Assembly: GCA_051530055.1 (NCBI GenBank)
Contig: CM121341.1
Span: 11,510,784 to 11,574,783 of the forward strand
Length of the DNA: 64,000 nucleotides
DNA from: Neoechinorhynchus agilis
Lineage: Eukaryota; Animalia; Acanthocephala
Direction of reading: 5' to 3'
This document shows positions 13,106-24,859 of the stretch, piece after piece (the first letter of the stretch is position 1; each line of letters opens with the position of its first letter). The translations under genes were made by a program, and so were the position numbers. The notes beneath the pieces were generated by a model. It saw nothing but the letters and a program-made list of their open reading frames with translations. It searched no databases and was not told the DNA's origin.

Positions 13106-13482
13106 AAGGAAAAAGGTGAGTAAGTGAAAATCTGGCGTAAAAATTAATATTTCGACAGAGCACAATCTTATGCCCAAACAACCTTAATATAGGCAGCCGA
13201 AATATTTGAATCAATAAATTATTTTTAATTTTTACGCCAAATGCAAACATTAATTATTACTCCCAGGCACTAGATGATTGGTTCTCTTCTCAAACATGTT
13301 TACATCCAGAATGATTTTCGATTTTGAACTTCCGTACTATTGGTTGCAATTTAATTTTTACAACCAATGAGGCAATTTACAACACTAGTTTAATTTCATA
13401 AAAAAATCTAGATCGATTTCATAATTTTGTACGGTCTATTGAATTAGAATTCACGAAAACTTGTCAACAATTCCTTTTGTAG

Positions 13483-14262
13483 ATGGAAGATGAAAAATCA
13501 ATTATCATCAATTTAAAAAATCTTCTTTTAACAAAACATGGTACATTCCCAATTACGCTTCGAACAATTCTCCACGAGTATCCTCAATTGACAGTCGAAG
13601 AGGCTCAAAGGTTTGTCGATCAGTTTATGAAACGAATGCAAACTATTTGATTTTTTCGTTTTAAATCTAGAATTTTTAACGTATTCGCTGACAATTGCAC
13701 CCCTTCGCATTCCGAAAAGTTCTATTCTGTGATGTTCAGAAACGACGTTGGCTACCAGTGTGAGATTTTGAAAGAAGAAGACATTCCAAAGGACGTTCAA
13801 ATTAAAAACATTTACTGCGTAATCGGACAGAAGTGTAGTCGGTTCCCTCATGAACTCGTACATACGACCGAGCTTAGGAACATCTTAAAGGCGAATGCAA
13901 TTGAACGCGGTGCTGATTTGTCTCTAGCTGTTAGTAGGTTTAGTCTTGACCATGATAGCGAGAGTATGGATATTGCTGCAAAAATGAATGGTCTAAGTCT
14001 TAAAGGTATCAAGGATCTACTGGCAGAATTCGATCCACCTAAGCAAGGTAATCTCTTAATTTTTTTATTCAATGCCGTACATTTGAGTTTTATACTTTCA
14101 GAGCGGAAAGAGAGTGCAATGTGTGCAGCAGCAGCACCGAAACCAGCTATTAACAGGAACAGACAATCAATCAAACACAAGGCTACTTCAGAATATACTC
14201 TACCAACCAAGAAAATGAAGCAATCTTCTCTTACTGCCTTTTTTGGAAAGAAAACAAGCTGA
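13483..14262 (+). CDS. POLD3: Compact DNA polymerase delta subunit 3 (p66/Cdc27-like), 3 exons
   Basis: N-terminus PITLRTILHEYPQLTVEEAQRIFNVF and NIYCVIGQK resemble the POLD3 N-domain. C-terminal PIP box KQSSLTAFFGKK. Two GT-AG introns. Confidence 0.7.
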
Positions 14263-14869
14263 GCTATCGCAAATAAAAAATGTAGCGCAAATAAATTGTA
14301 AAGTACCTTAGTCGGTTTTTGCTTTTACCGTTGTACAGTAATCAAAATGTTAACTCATAAAATCGTCAAATTTAGAAGTGGCCTATTGCATTTTCTTTAA
14401 ACGAACATTTCATTTAGAATTTAATTATATTAAAAAATACTCTATCACAATCTAACATTCTGCATCGTACCTAGTCTTTAGCATCTACTGAGCTTCTCAT
14501 CAAATCAATCCTTCAAGAACCAGTCTTAATATGTCAATGGCTTAAAAAATTCTAATATCTACGTTATTCGGTGAAATACTTTTCAAGTTCGAAGTTGAGA
14601 AGAAATTCACATAGGAAATTCAGGAAAATAAATAATATTAAGAATGAATTCATTTTATCTTTAACGAAAATACCCATTGAACTTCTAGGAAATCGCAGTG
14701 TTTTATTATTCGTATTTGAAAAAGTTCAAAGCGATCCTTTTATCTACAAGTTCTAAAAAAATACAGGGATGTAACAGCGAAATAATTTCACGAAAATTAA
14801 ATACTGCAACCATTAATAAAATTCATGTTATTGGACTTTAATGTGGTATTCTTAAAGTATTTTTTCAAA

Positions 14870-17690
14870 CATTCGTGCCACCGTTATGGATCGCTCAGCT
14901 GATGTTCTGGTGTAACGATCGAGAGGAAGGATGCAGCGTTCCCTCGTTGCACAGCCAGACTAATGTGTTGTAGGAGGAATACTCTGGATATCGGATCGCC
15001 AGTGTTCGTCTCAATCTCTTAGACAATTGCTTGACCATGTCCTGCACCGCAATACCAAACGACCCGAGTGTCTCGACGATAAAAGGAACAAAATAATGAT
15101 TTCAACCAAGGTCGCGGTATTTCGTCTTTTTGCGGTCCTCGGCGGCTTTTGCTGCTCCCCCTCCGGTTTAATAGTGGCGAATTTTATGTTGCTGGCTGCG
15201 AGCGTCCCAGAGATCTCGCCCGGGAATACTGTGACGCCGTCCGGCCTGCAGTCTTCGAGTCGACAAAGATTGCTCGCCTCTAGGATGTTGGGTGCAAGAA
15301 TTGCGTTCACTTCGGCGTGTCGTGGGTACCTTCCGCCGGATTGCCGACAGGCGATACCATGGCGTTCCGATGGTTCCACGGTCGCTCCACAACAGCAGCT
15401 ATGGGATGTACACATCGGTACCCCAAGTCTCAGAGACACTGTAATCCTTTCTGCCTCGTCCGTGAGAAGCGTGCCCACAGAAGCAATTGGGATAGCGTTG
15501 AGCCAGGTACCCGATTCTTTTGTAGAGACTGCCGCAAATCGAGTTCGATTCACAAGGTCACGATAATCTGAAATTAAAGAGTTATGAATTCTCGCTATCA
15601 GTGGTGAGTCCCAAGCTGATTGTTTGCGGCCATTAACGGGGGCCTGCTCACTGCCTGAATCTCCACACCAAAGATTAATAGCTTCCACGAAATCTCAATC
15701 CAAAGTGTAATTCTCGCCAAGAACGGATTTAACTACTTTACGGCTTGTTTCATGCGATCCCAAATGAAGTGGCAGAGAAATATCGGCTGCTTTTCGGATA
15801 CCCAAACCGCCGGACGACACAGGCAAGGACGCCTGATGCCAGGCCTCGTCCGACAGCTGAGAATTTAAAATTTTCTCGAGATAGGCTTTCATCGTCTCGT
15901 CTAATTTTGCTAGCTTATCTTTATGTCTAAAAAATGTGCTGTGCGCAGCTTATTCAGCAGTTTTGGAATGTAGAAGTGTTCTTGATCTATAACATAGCCT
16001 CATGTGAAGACAATTCATCAACTCGTTCGCACAGCACCGAAAGTTGCTGTTGAAGATTGGCAATCTCTGCTTCGACATTAGAACCAAAAATGCAACTTCC
16101 TAGAAGACTCATCCCGTATAGAGTGATCAATTCTATCCCGGGAGGCAGGTTCTGAAATCTTTCACAACAGTTTGCTTGGACTCCTCATCTTCCACGTTCG
16201 TCACTAAAATTTCGCATTTCGCAGATTTCAATTCAATGACAATTTTCGCCGTCTCCTTCACGAATGTCTCCAAATCACGCAGTACTACAGAGGGGTTACC
16301 TCCGAGCGTGGCATCGTCCAGGTACCAGCCGTTAAAACTGGACTGGAGAGAGTGCGCGACGGGATTAACTGCTAGTGAGAAGGCTATTGAGCCCAAAGGA
16401 TCCCCTTGTTGAACTCCTCTTTCTTACCACAAAACGTGGTTATTGAACAACAAGGGAGTTGAAGTTCCATAGGCATTAACGAAATAGCGAAATGCTTCTG
16501 GTGCGTGATCTCATTTTGAAATCACATAAGCCACCTCGGAAGGCCTAACTGAGTAGGGCGAAGGTGTATCCATACTTTTTATGCGATCTTTTTATTTAAA
16601 TTTTTGCTGTTAAACGGCGCAGAGTTGTTCCAATTGCAATGAGACAAATCCCACCTTCCTTTTTGCAAGGGCACACAAAGTTGCGTCGAAAAATAACTCA
16701 ATTGCTTTCAAAATCAACTCTCCTCCTGCAAATTGGTCGACTAAGCGTGCCAATGCAACTTGAAGGGACTGGGCAGCGTCGCCTACTGAAAAGGAAGTCA
16801 TATCCTTTAGGTTTTGGGACCGGAGCCCGTCAAGCCCGTGAGCTGATACGTTAGCAAAAGAGGAGATTGCCATCTTCAATTCTGATTTGCCGACCGCCGT
16901 CACTCGGGTGTTTGAAATGAAGAGTTCGTGAAGTTTCTTCGTTATCTTTGGCGAGACTGTCCATCGATGATAAAAACGAACTGCTCCTCTGACATCTCCG
17001 TCTGCGAGCTTCGATTAAACGCATCCAACAAGCGACCGATTTGAGTTTCGGCAGTGGCCACGCTCCTGGACACACTCCTTACGTAGCTCGCATGCTGTCG
17101 AAAGGCATTGAATAAAATTTTCGCCAAAAGAACTTATTCGTGCTTTTATTTTTGTGATCAGAGATAGTTCAGAAACATCATCAGCGGAAAACACTGGCCT
17201 AGGGAGCGCAAAGAGGCGCATCCACGACAACTCTGAGTTAATCTCGATACAGTCTGTCAATAAAGAGGTGAATCTTTTTGCGGGCTTATATCGCGCGCCC
17301 CTTGGTATTCTTTTCAGAACGTTCCTGAGCAGAACTCGCACAATATTCCCTACAAATGGAATTTCATTTTGAGGATTCTGGCGCACACCATCAATGGACT
17401 TAGGGGGTGAACCCGAACCGCCGCAGCGTAAATTACGGGGTACATGGACTCTAAGAACTCCTGTTTTTGTCAGGGAGAAAATCCTATCATAAACCTCACA
17501 GAATCCAGTTGAGAAGCTCGGTCGTGTGGTACTCTTGGCTAACGAAGTTGAAATAATCACATTGACGTTGTTCTCTTGATTTGGCTCGTTTTGGGTGGGC
17601 AAGTTTCCGTTTTCATATTAAGGTCTACCATTCAGGTTCCGAGCGAAGCAAGGGGACAGCATCGGTGTCGTCGACGGTGAACTTTTAGGA
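14870..17690 (-). mobile_element. Near full-length CRE-clade retrotransposon, inactivated
   Basis: N-terminal zinc finger (FCEVYDRIFSLTKTGVLRVH...CGGSG), RT GVQQGDPLG and WYLDDATLGG, Cys/His region CCCGATVEPSERHGIACR, RPDG endonuclease motif, terminal AVQRGNAAS. Multiple frameshifts and stops. Confidence 0.9.
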
Positions 17691-17772
17691 AATCACGGTG
17701 TTTTATTATTCGTATTTGAAAAAGTTCAAAGCGATTCTTTTATCTACAAGTTCTAAAAATACAGGTATGAAA

Positions 17773-17944
17773 CGACTGGAGAGGGCGACTGGAGAGCCAA
17801 GATCGACTTCGTTCCTAGCCCAAAAAATAAGCATTGCGGTGCGGCAATGCGGCTAGCATTTTGGCCTGCGCCGATGAATAGGGGCGTCGAAGAAACTATA
17901 AATTATGTATGCTCTTGTTAAAAAAAAGTTTATTTTAAAAAAAA
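17773..17944 (+). mobile_element. Short retroposed insert with A-rich tail and 10-bp TSD
   Basis: AGGTATGAAA at 17763-17772 and 17945-17954, with an A-rich 3' end. The empty site is visible in the sister repeat unit near 14765. Confidence 0.75.
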
Positions 17945-18452
17945 AGGTATGAAATAACGAAATAATTTCACAAAAATTAAATACTGCAACAATTAATAAA
18001 ATTCATGCCATTGAAACTTCCGATTGAACTTATTGGGAAATCGCAGTGATTTATAATTCGTATTTGGAAAAGTCAAAAGCTTTTATTTTCAAAACGAAAG
18101 AATTGGGAGAGATTTGATTATTTTCGAAGTTATTTTCATTTCGTGTTCTTGAGTAACGCTTTTGTATTTCGAGTCATTTAAGTGAAAGTGAATTTATATT
18201 TATTTTACGAATCTGGGGTTTTTAGCATTGTGTTTTCATCGTCTACTCTTATTCTTTTTTGCGTTTTTTTGAAACCTTTCAAAGTTTTTTGTATACATAT
18301 ATATATCGTGTGTTGAACAAACATCGGTCTACTTCTGATTTTAAAAATCTTCCCGGACGACTTGGAACATTAGAATGATCACACTCAATCCTAGCCGCTC
18401 TAATTTTTACACTTTCATTCGTCGTAATCGCTACTGATGATTGAAAATATCT

Positions 18453-19724
18453 TCACCGTCTTTTCGGTTGCGAATCTACGAATAGATTACTAACATTGCA
18501 AGTAGATCTTTTTCGCCATATTCCACACGCAAATAATTGTTCAATCCTCTCAATGAACGATTTTTTCTTTAGTAATATTCCGCTCGCTTGGACAGAAGCC
18601 CGTTTTTTCTCCAAAACCTTTGTCTTCTCAGTGGCTGTTTTTTCTTCAACCAACCTTATTTGCTTGACTGTTCCAGCCAATAACATTTCGATATTTTGGT
18701 TTAATGCCACTGAAATTTCTATGTGTTTAGCATAGAATACGCGAGCCACTTTTTGAGCTTCTATATTTTTAAGAATAACGAAAAAGATAGGTTTCACTTC
18801 TTTTACTTACCATTCTTAGTTACACTCCTATTTCTGACTAGATCGGTTTTATTGCCCACCAATATAATTGTATCGGACAAACTTAGTCGATGTAAGAGTT
18901 GAACCAGTGCTTCGAATGTTTCTCGACGAGTAACATCATAGACCAAAAGATAAGAGTCCGTTTTTGGGAGACAGACACTTCCCTATTTTAGATCTTCTAT
19001 ATGATGGTATATTTAAAAAAAGAAAATCTCACCACTGAAGGAGAATTTAGGTCGATTATGAAGAATTGAAGCCGCGATTCTATGTTCTCGAGTAACACAG
19101 GTAACGTTTCATTTTCATCGAATTTTTCTATATATAATTTTTGTACGGGCGGAAAGTTTGACGTACAAAGATTTTACCTGGAGGATTATCGAACCTATAA
19201 ATCCCATTGTACTCACTGCACCTGAACTGCTTTAAAATCGATCGTTTTCCAGTACCAAGCATTCCAACTATACAAACATGATGAACGTTAATCTCCTTTA
19301 CAATACCATCTCCGGTCTCAATAGTTTCCGTATCTATCTTATCAATCAAAGTATCGTTCACTGCAGATGGAATGATTGATGCCTTCCTTACTGACTTTCT
19401 TCTCGTATCTCCCATATTCTTGAGCAGTCCAGAATGAGTCAAAGTGAACTGCCTTACGACTTCCTCTGGCATATCCTTTGAAGCCGGCATTGGTGTTGGC
19501 AATGAACGTATTCGTTCGTTCCTGTTATCAATTGGTCTATCCATCGGTGCGGATTTTAAATGGGGTAAATCAGATGCTACAACAATTCGCCCAAATGATG
19601 ATCGCTTTCGGTAGTACGAGCAAGAACGATTGATCTTGTATTGCGGAGGTGTGTTCAAAAACTCTCGCAGCTTTTCATTGTTATTCTTTTTTCCCGCGTC
19701 CCCGGGATTGTTTTTCTTATCCAT
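18453..19724 (-). CDS. RGK-family small GTPase (Rad/Gem/Rem-like), 4 exons
   Basis: VRQFTLTHSGLLKNMGD N-terminal motif, altered P-loop GMLGTGK, FRCSEY, LVYDVTRRETF, VGNKTDLVRNR and a basic C-terminal STCNVSNLFV tail. GT-AG introns. Confidence 0.85.
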
Positions 19725-22261
19725 TAATCCATTCACTAGAGTAAGAAAAGGGAAATAAATTAGGTTATGGGTATTTGCACAGTTAAATATTTTCTCCTTT
19801 GAACACAATTACCTTTACTCTTATTACCACCATCCGTTCTTCGTAGTTCGATTGAACTTTTCTCGCTCATTCTTGAATTTCTTTGGTATTTAAGAATACT
19901 AAATGAAAGCGATGAGAATTTCGAATTATAATTGTTAACTATTAAAAACTTGATTCACTTTTTGAGCTTATTTTCTTGTTAAAAAAAGAATTAAAACAGA
20001 AAATCAGTCAAAAATTTAAGAGTGGATTAACTTGAAATCCAAGAAGTGATAATCATTATAAAAAATTTTGTCATCGTAGTTTCTCATAACGTGTTCTGAA
20101 CTAAAGTCGATGCACCATTTTTTTAATTTCTTTTTTCCCTCAAATTACACATAAAATTAAATTACAAATGAATACTTGTCACGATAAGAATAATTATAAA
20201 TTAAGAGATATAGACATAAATATCGCGAGCATTTCTTAGAAACTCTTCATGAAGAACGTTCTACCCAAATATTTTATGCGTTGATTTTCTTTTTTCTAAA
20301 TGACATGTAAGAGTTCGATTTAATTGTTAATTATTTTAAAAATTTTCATCGCGTTAAAAACGCTAAAAAATCGGTTTCTTTAATATTTAATCATTACTAT
20401 TAAAAGCAAAGTTTCACGCAGGTACCTTTGCAGATATAAAAATTAATTGACATGTAACTAATTTTCAAATTAATGGATTCAGATAATTCTCCATAAAGGC
20501 AATTGTTTTATTTTTAATAACTAAGTACGGTTTAGTGTCACTCTTGTAATTAAATTTTCGTATCTTCATTTAAAGAGTGCTCGAAATTCAGTTTTCTTAA
20601 TATGAATAATTTACGTCGTTAAATATTTCATAGAGTTTATCTGAGGATTTGCACATAGCCCTTTTAAGAATTATGAGGTGATTTATCATCGATATTCACG
20701 ACGAGTTAATAGAATAGGATATATGGGAGATTAACAAATTTTAGATTGAAATGAAAGTTCCTAATTTTTTTAATCATGGGAATTTTTAAACTATAAAAAT
20801 TAAAATCATTTCAATCGAAAATTTTTATTAATGTTAGTTTTCCATTTAAATGTAATTGAAATTAACCTGGACGTGTGAATCGTGATTTGAGTCAACTGCA
20901 ACATTTCTATCTTCAAAAGACTCATGCGCCCTTCTTTTCAACTTTTAAAAGGCATCTCTGCTTCTGCCAAAAAACCTCTAGAGAAAACTAGTTAGTGCGC
21001 ATTTACGTAAAATTTGCAATTCTAAAAACTATGTCTTCATATGCAGCGTAGACATGGATATACTTTTCGATCGATTTATTTTTTGATATAGTCGAAACGA
21101 GTCAGATGATATCTAAGTTTATTAACGAGATTGAGGAAAATGCGGAATTATGTAGGACGCAACACTGAGAACGAAATGGCGAGTAATGTTAATTGGTGTC
21201 AGAATTTTTAGGAATACATTATTGCCTGTCTTAATTACAGTGAAAGGATTTTTGCTAACGGATTCCGTTAAAATTGTTTGTATTTTTCTTAGAGCTTTTT
21301 TCAATCAATACTCATGTCATAAACGCAAACAGCATTGTAAGCGGTGTGTATTTTTACCTTCGTTATAGATATGCCAATCCCTGAAACTGTCTCATTTAAA
21401 CTGTCGATTTGATGAAAAGTATTCGAAAAACACTTTCTACTTTAACCACACAAAAGCTGCTCTTAAAAATTTAACGCTGTTATCTCTTGTTCCACAAACT
21501 ACCCACTGATTGCATTCATCTGGCTCGTAGCTTTAACACCGAAGACAAACTTCTGAAGAGATGCGTTTTTGTCGCTAATAAAGAAGAAAGATTGACTGTA
21601 ATGAGTTACTTAGAAGAAATACGACGAGACGCCATTCGGGTTAACTGGGGCGACAAATTTATTCGTTCCAGTTGGTTTTTAAAAGTTCTAACGCTTCGGT
21701 GTAGAAATCCCGCGAATGACTGCTCATCGGGGAATATTGTCTTTGTGCAAAAGAAAATGGTTACATCTTTATTTTTATGAGCAGCAAATGTTCGGTGGCA
21801 CAGTGGGATTCCCCGTGTGGATCACAATCTTATTTAGACTGTATTCTGTGCCAAGTCATTCGAACTGAGGATAACGGCATAATAAAGTTAAATTTAAGAA
21901 GATTGTCTAAACTTATAGCCTAAAAAGATTACATAAAGTCGGATGAATATATTTTAATTGCGATTTATTTCCAACCAACAAAAGTAGACTATGAATGCGT
22001 TTAACCGACAAATTTATTTTGTCCAAGGATAATTGGAATCGGTCAAAAAACTCAATAAAATCAAAACGAAATGAAGAGTTAAATTCCGGATTTGTAATCT
22101 ATTCTGTCGCCCTTTTATTTCGTCCATTTTGATAACCGTAGTTTTACCTCTTGTTAAGAAGACCTAACAAATGATAAAATTCGCGGATAAAAAACAAGGT
22201 CGCAGCACCTGTGAGATATTTCTACAAGAAAAACTAGGATCCGCATAATAACTCACTGAAG

Positions 22262-22930
22262 GTTACATCGTATATCAAAGCACCTGTATCGATGAGTTAC
22301 TCATTTACAGATGTGTAACGCGATTCTTGCCAGAAAGTTTGGTAAGTGCGAAATTTGTTTTCTCGATATATCGGCAACGAATAAAATTTTAGATAGTTGA
22401 ATCCATCTTTAGAGGGAAACCTTTAAAGGTTACATGTCAATGATATTTTTTGTTAACTAAATGGGATGAACAAATTTAAAGAAAATAAACCTAAACAAAC
22501 TCAGGAGCCCGGGTCCGTCATGCCCATTAGCAGAGGCGCAATTTTCCGTGCTGCTACCCTGGGGTCTGCTAACGGGCATGGCGGACCCGGGGTCCTGAGT
22601 CAAAACGTAAACGATAACCATTTTCAAAATTCAAATATTCGTAGAGTTGACAGACAACTAAATGAGTTCGGTTTCGTATTATCTTTAAATCTAACCTCTG
22701 AAGATATAAACGGTTTTTGTATTTCTTTAGTCCAAATGGAATATTTCACACGAGCAATGTTGTGGAGTAAGCGAAGTTGTAATGCAACGGATTCTAATAA
22801 ACGATATTAGCAAAGAAAGAGAGATCGCGTTTCCACCTCACTTCCTCGTGTGTACGGCACAGGAACCCAAGTACTGTCATATATCGAGCTCATAGTTCTT
22901 TATTTATCTATTGTCACATCTGATCAGTAA
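22262..22930 (+). CDS. Possible multi-exon hypothetical gene
   Basis: Chain of in-frame GT-AG-bounded segments (YIVYQSTCIDELL...PESL / IVESIFRGKPLK / SKWNISHEQCCG...). No family recognised. Confidence 0.25.
22499..22600. repeat. GC-rich long hairpin
   Basis: About 36-bp arms ACTCAGGAGCCCGGGTCCGTCATGCCCATTAGCAGA / TCTGCTAACGGGCATGGCGGACCCGGGGTCCTGAGT with a 30-nt loop. Confidence 0.9.
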
Positions 22931-24529
22931 TTGATCGACGGCGTATACGCTTGGGCTACTATTCTTATGAAGAAGTGAGGCATTTCATAGTGAATTTCTA
23001 TTTTAAAACAAAACCTACATGAAATTAAGAAAATCGTTTTGCCGTCTTCGAATGTATTGCTTACAATGGAATTCGAAACGCGTGAAATCAGTTAATGAAA
23101 AGAAACCTTACGGTACCAATATTTTCTAGCACGCACGAAAACCCTAGTGTCAATAAATCATAAATTCCTATTGGCAGAAACGCTTCTATGCGAGCTGAGT
23201 CAATATTTTGGGTTATTAAATGCACTCAACCGAAGAAATTCGAATGTCAATAGTGGTGCATGAGGCTTATCTGAGCAGAAACAATATACACTGAAGTTTG
23301 CCGATCCTTGACCTTTTTTGTTTTAGTATCGTTATTTTTTGCTCCATTTATAGATTCGTTCGAAAAACGAAACCGTTTCTTGAAAGGTTTAAAGGTCTTT
23401 TGAGAACAAAATTTTAAGCGAAAAACACGTAATTCGAAAAGCAAGTCTCAATTTGAAGTAATTTCAAATTTCTAAGTTTTATGAAAGGATATTTACTACT
23501 ATAAATAAGCAATGGAAATTTTAAATTAATTTAAAAATCTAAATAAAATCTATCGCCGTTTATTTAAAAATTCACGGAATGCAGGAATTCGGATAGTGAA
23601 GAATGGATAAATTCAACTGAGTGTTCAGTTACCTTTTGTATAAGAACCAAACTCTGTCTATTAAGATAAGCATTGCTTCAGGAACCTTGACGAGAATTCC
23701 CACTCGTGTGATCTGTAGCTTAATCGAGCATTTTTGGAGGCATTAGTCAAGACGCCCCAACCCTTCTGTTCAGTGATATTTTTGGTACCATCAAGCAGGA
23801 AGTAAAGTATTTGCCTGTCATTGCCAAACCCGTCATTATGCCATCTAAAAGGAAAAATATGAGCAGTTGTCTGAGGAATACTTTGAGTGTTGCTATTTTA
23901 ACAAAAAGTTACATTTCCATTGGTGAAAAGTAATTCGATTCACCTTTTTGCACAGTTCTCGATGTACCTACATCTTCCATCTTTACTCGCATAATGGCAC
24001 TCCGTGAATTTTGTTCATCGTATCAAAATCTGGACAATCTCATCAAATTAGGATAAAGTTTCATCTTGAAATAACACTGAAATCCCAAAGCGGAATTAAG
24101 TGTTATAACGAGAAGCTAATTTTTAGATCGCAATAATTGAAGTATAAAGATGCTTTAATGTGTTTCAGACTCCTTCGTTTAAGTTTTCGTTTTTATATTC
24201 ATTAATGTAACTGTTAATGTTCTCGCTTCCATCATTCACACAGCTTAAGACAGATCGAAATGTCATTGAATCAGATTGTGGTTAATTTATGTAAATGTTA
24301 GAAATTGGAAAGATCGTACGATCGTTCATAATTTAAAAAGATTTTGCAAATAAAATCACGGTCCTTGTAATGCTTTTGTATTCTCAGTCTTATCCATTTT
24401 CTATTTGAACACTCATAGATCCATGGATTTCTTGATATCTGGCAGTGTTGAACATTTCCAAGATTAGATATCTTCACGCAAAACGAAATATGAATATGTC
24501 GATAAGTGAGGTACTGGGGAATGTGATCG

Positions 24530-24725
24530 AAATTATTGTTTAGATGTCATTACCCAGTAAATGATTATTTCGATTAAAAGCGTTCTGCGAACCTCGTCGA
24601 GTTCATCATCATTTTGTTTGTTAGTAAAAGACGCTAACAAACCGATGATGAACCCGACGAGGTTTGAAACGTTTTTAATCGAAATAATCATTTACCGGAT
24701 GTAGACCTAATCAATAATACCGAAC
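24530..24725. mobile_element. HHR-pair palindromic element upstream of CTNNBL1
   Basis: Near-perfect foldback. Right arm CCGATGA-T-GAACC-cgacga-GGTTT-GAAA-CG-TT. Confidence 0.75.
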
Positions 24726-24859
24726 TATGAGTATTTTGTTCGAAAAGTATATTGACTTGAAAGGTGCCTAAAAATGTAGACAATGAGTTAATATTTTTTA
24801 TAAACTGATTGGTATTCATACGCTAAGAATTTTAATCCCGAAATAATTTATCGTTTTAG

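Larger units (their letters stand above)
14685..18075 (+). repeat. About 150-bp AT-rich repeat unit flanking the CRE copy (14685-14826, 17685-18075)
   Basis: AGGAAATCGCAGTGTTTTATTATTCGTATTTGAAAAAGTTCAAAGCG...AATTCATG is present on both sides, with a further partial unit at about 18020-18075. Confidence 0.8.

Noticed and set aside
14685-14826. SL RNA gene as the CRE target
   Set aside because: No recognisable leader-GT-Sm-site layout.
21480-21900. RNase H or LINE remnant
   Set aside because: Only a short WHSGIP-like match, with no other motifs.
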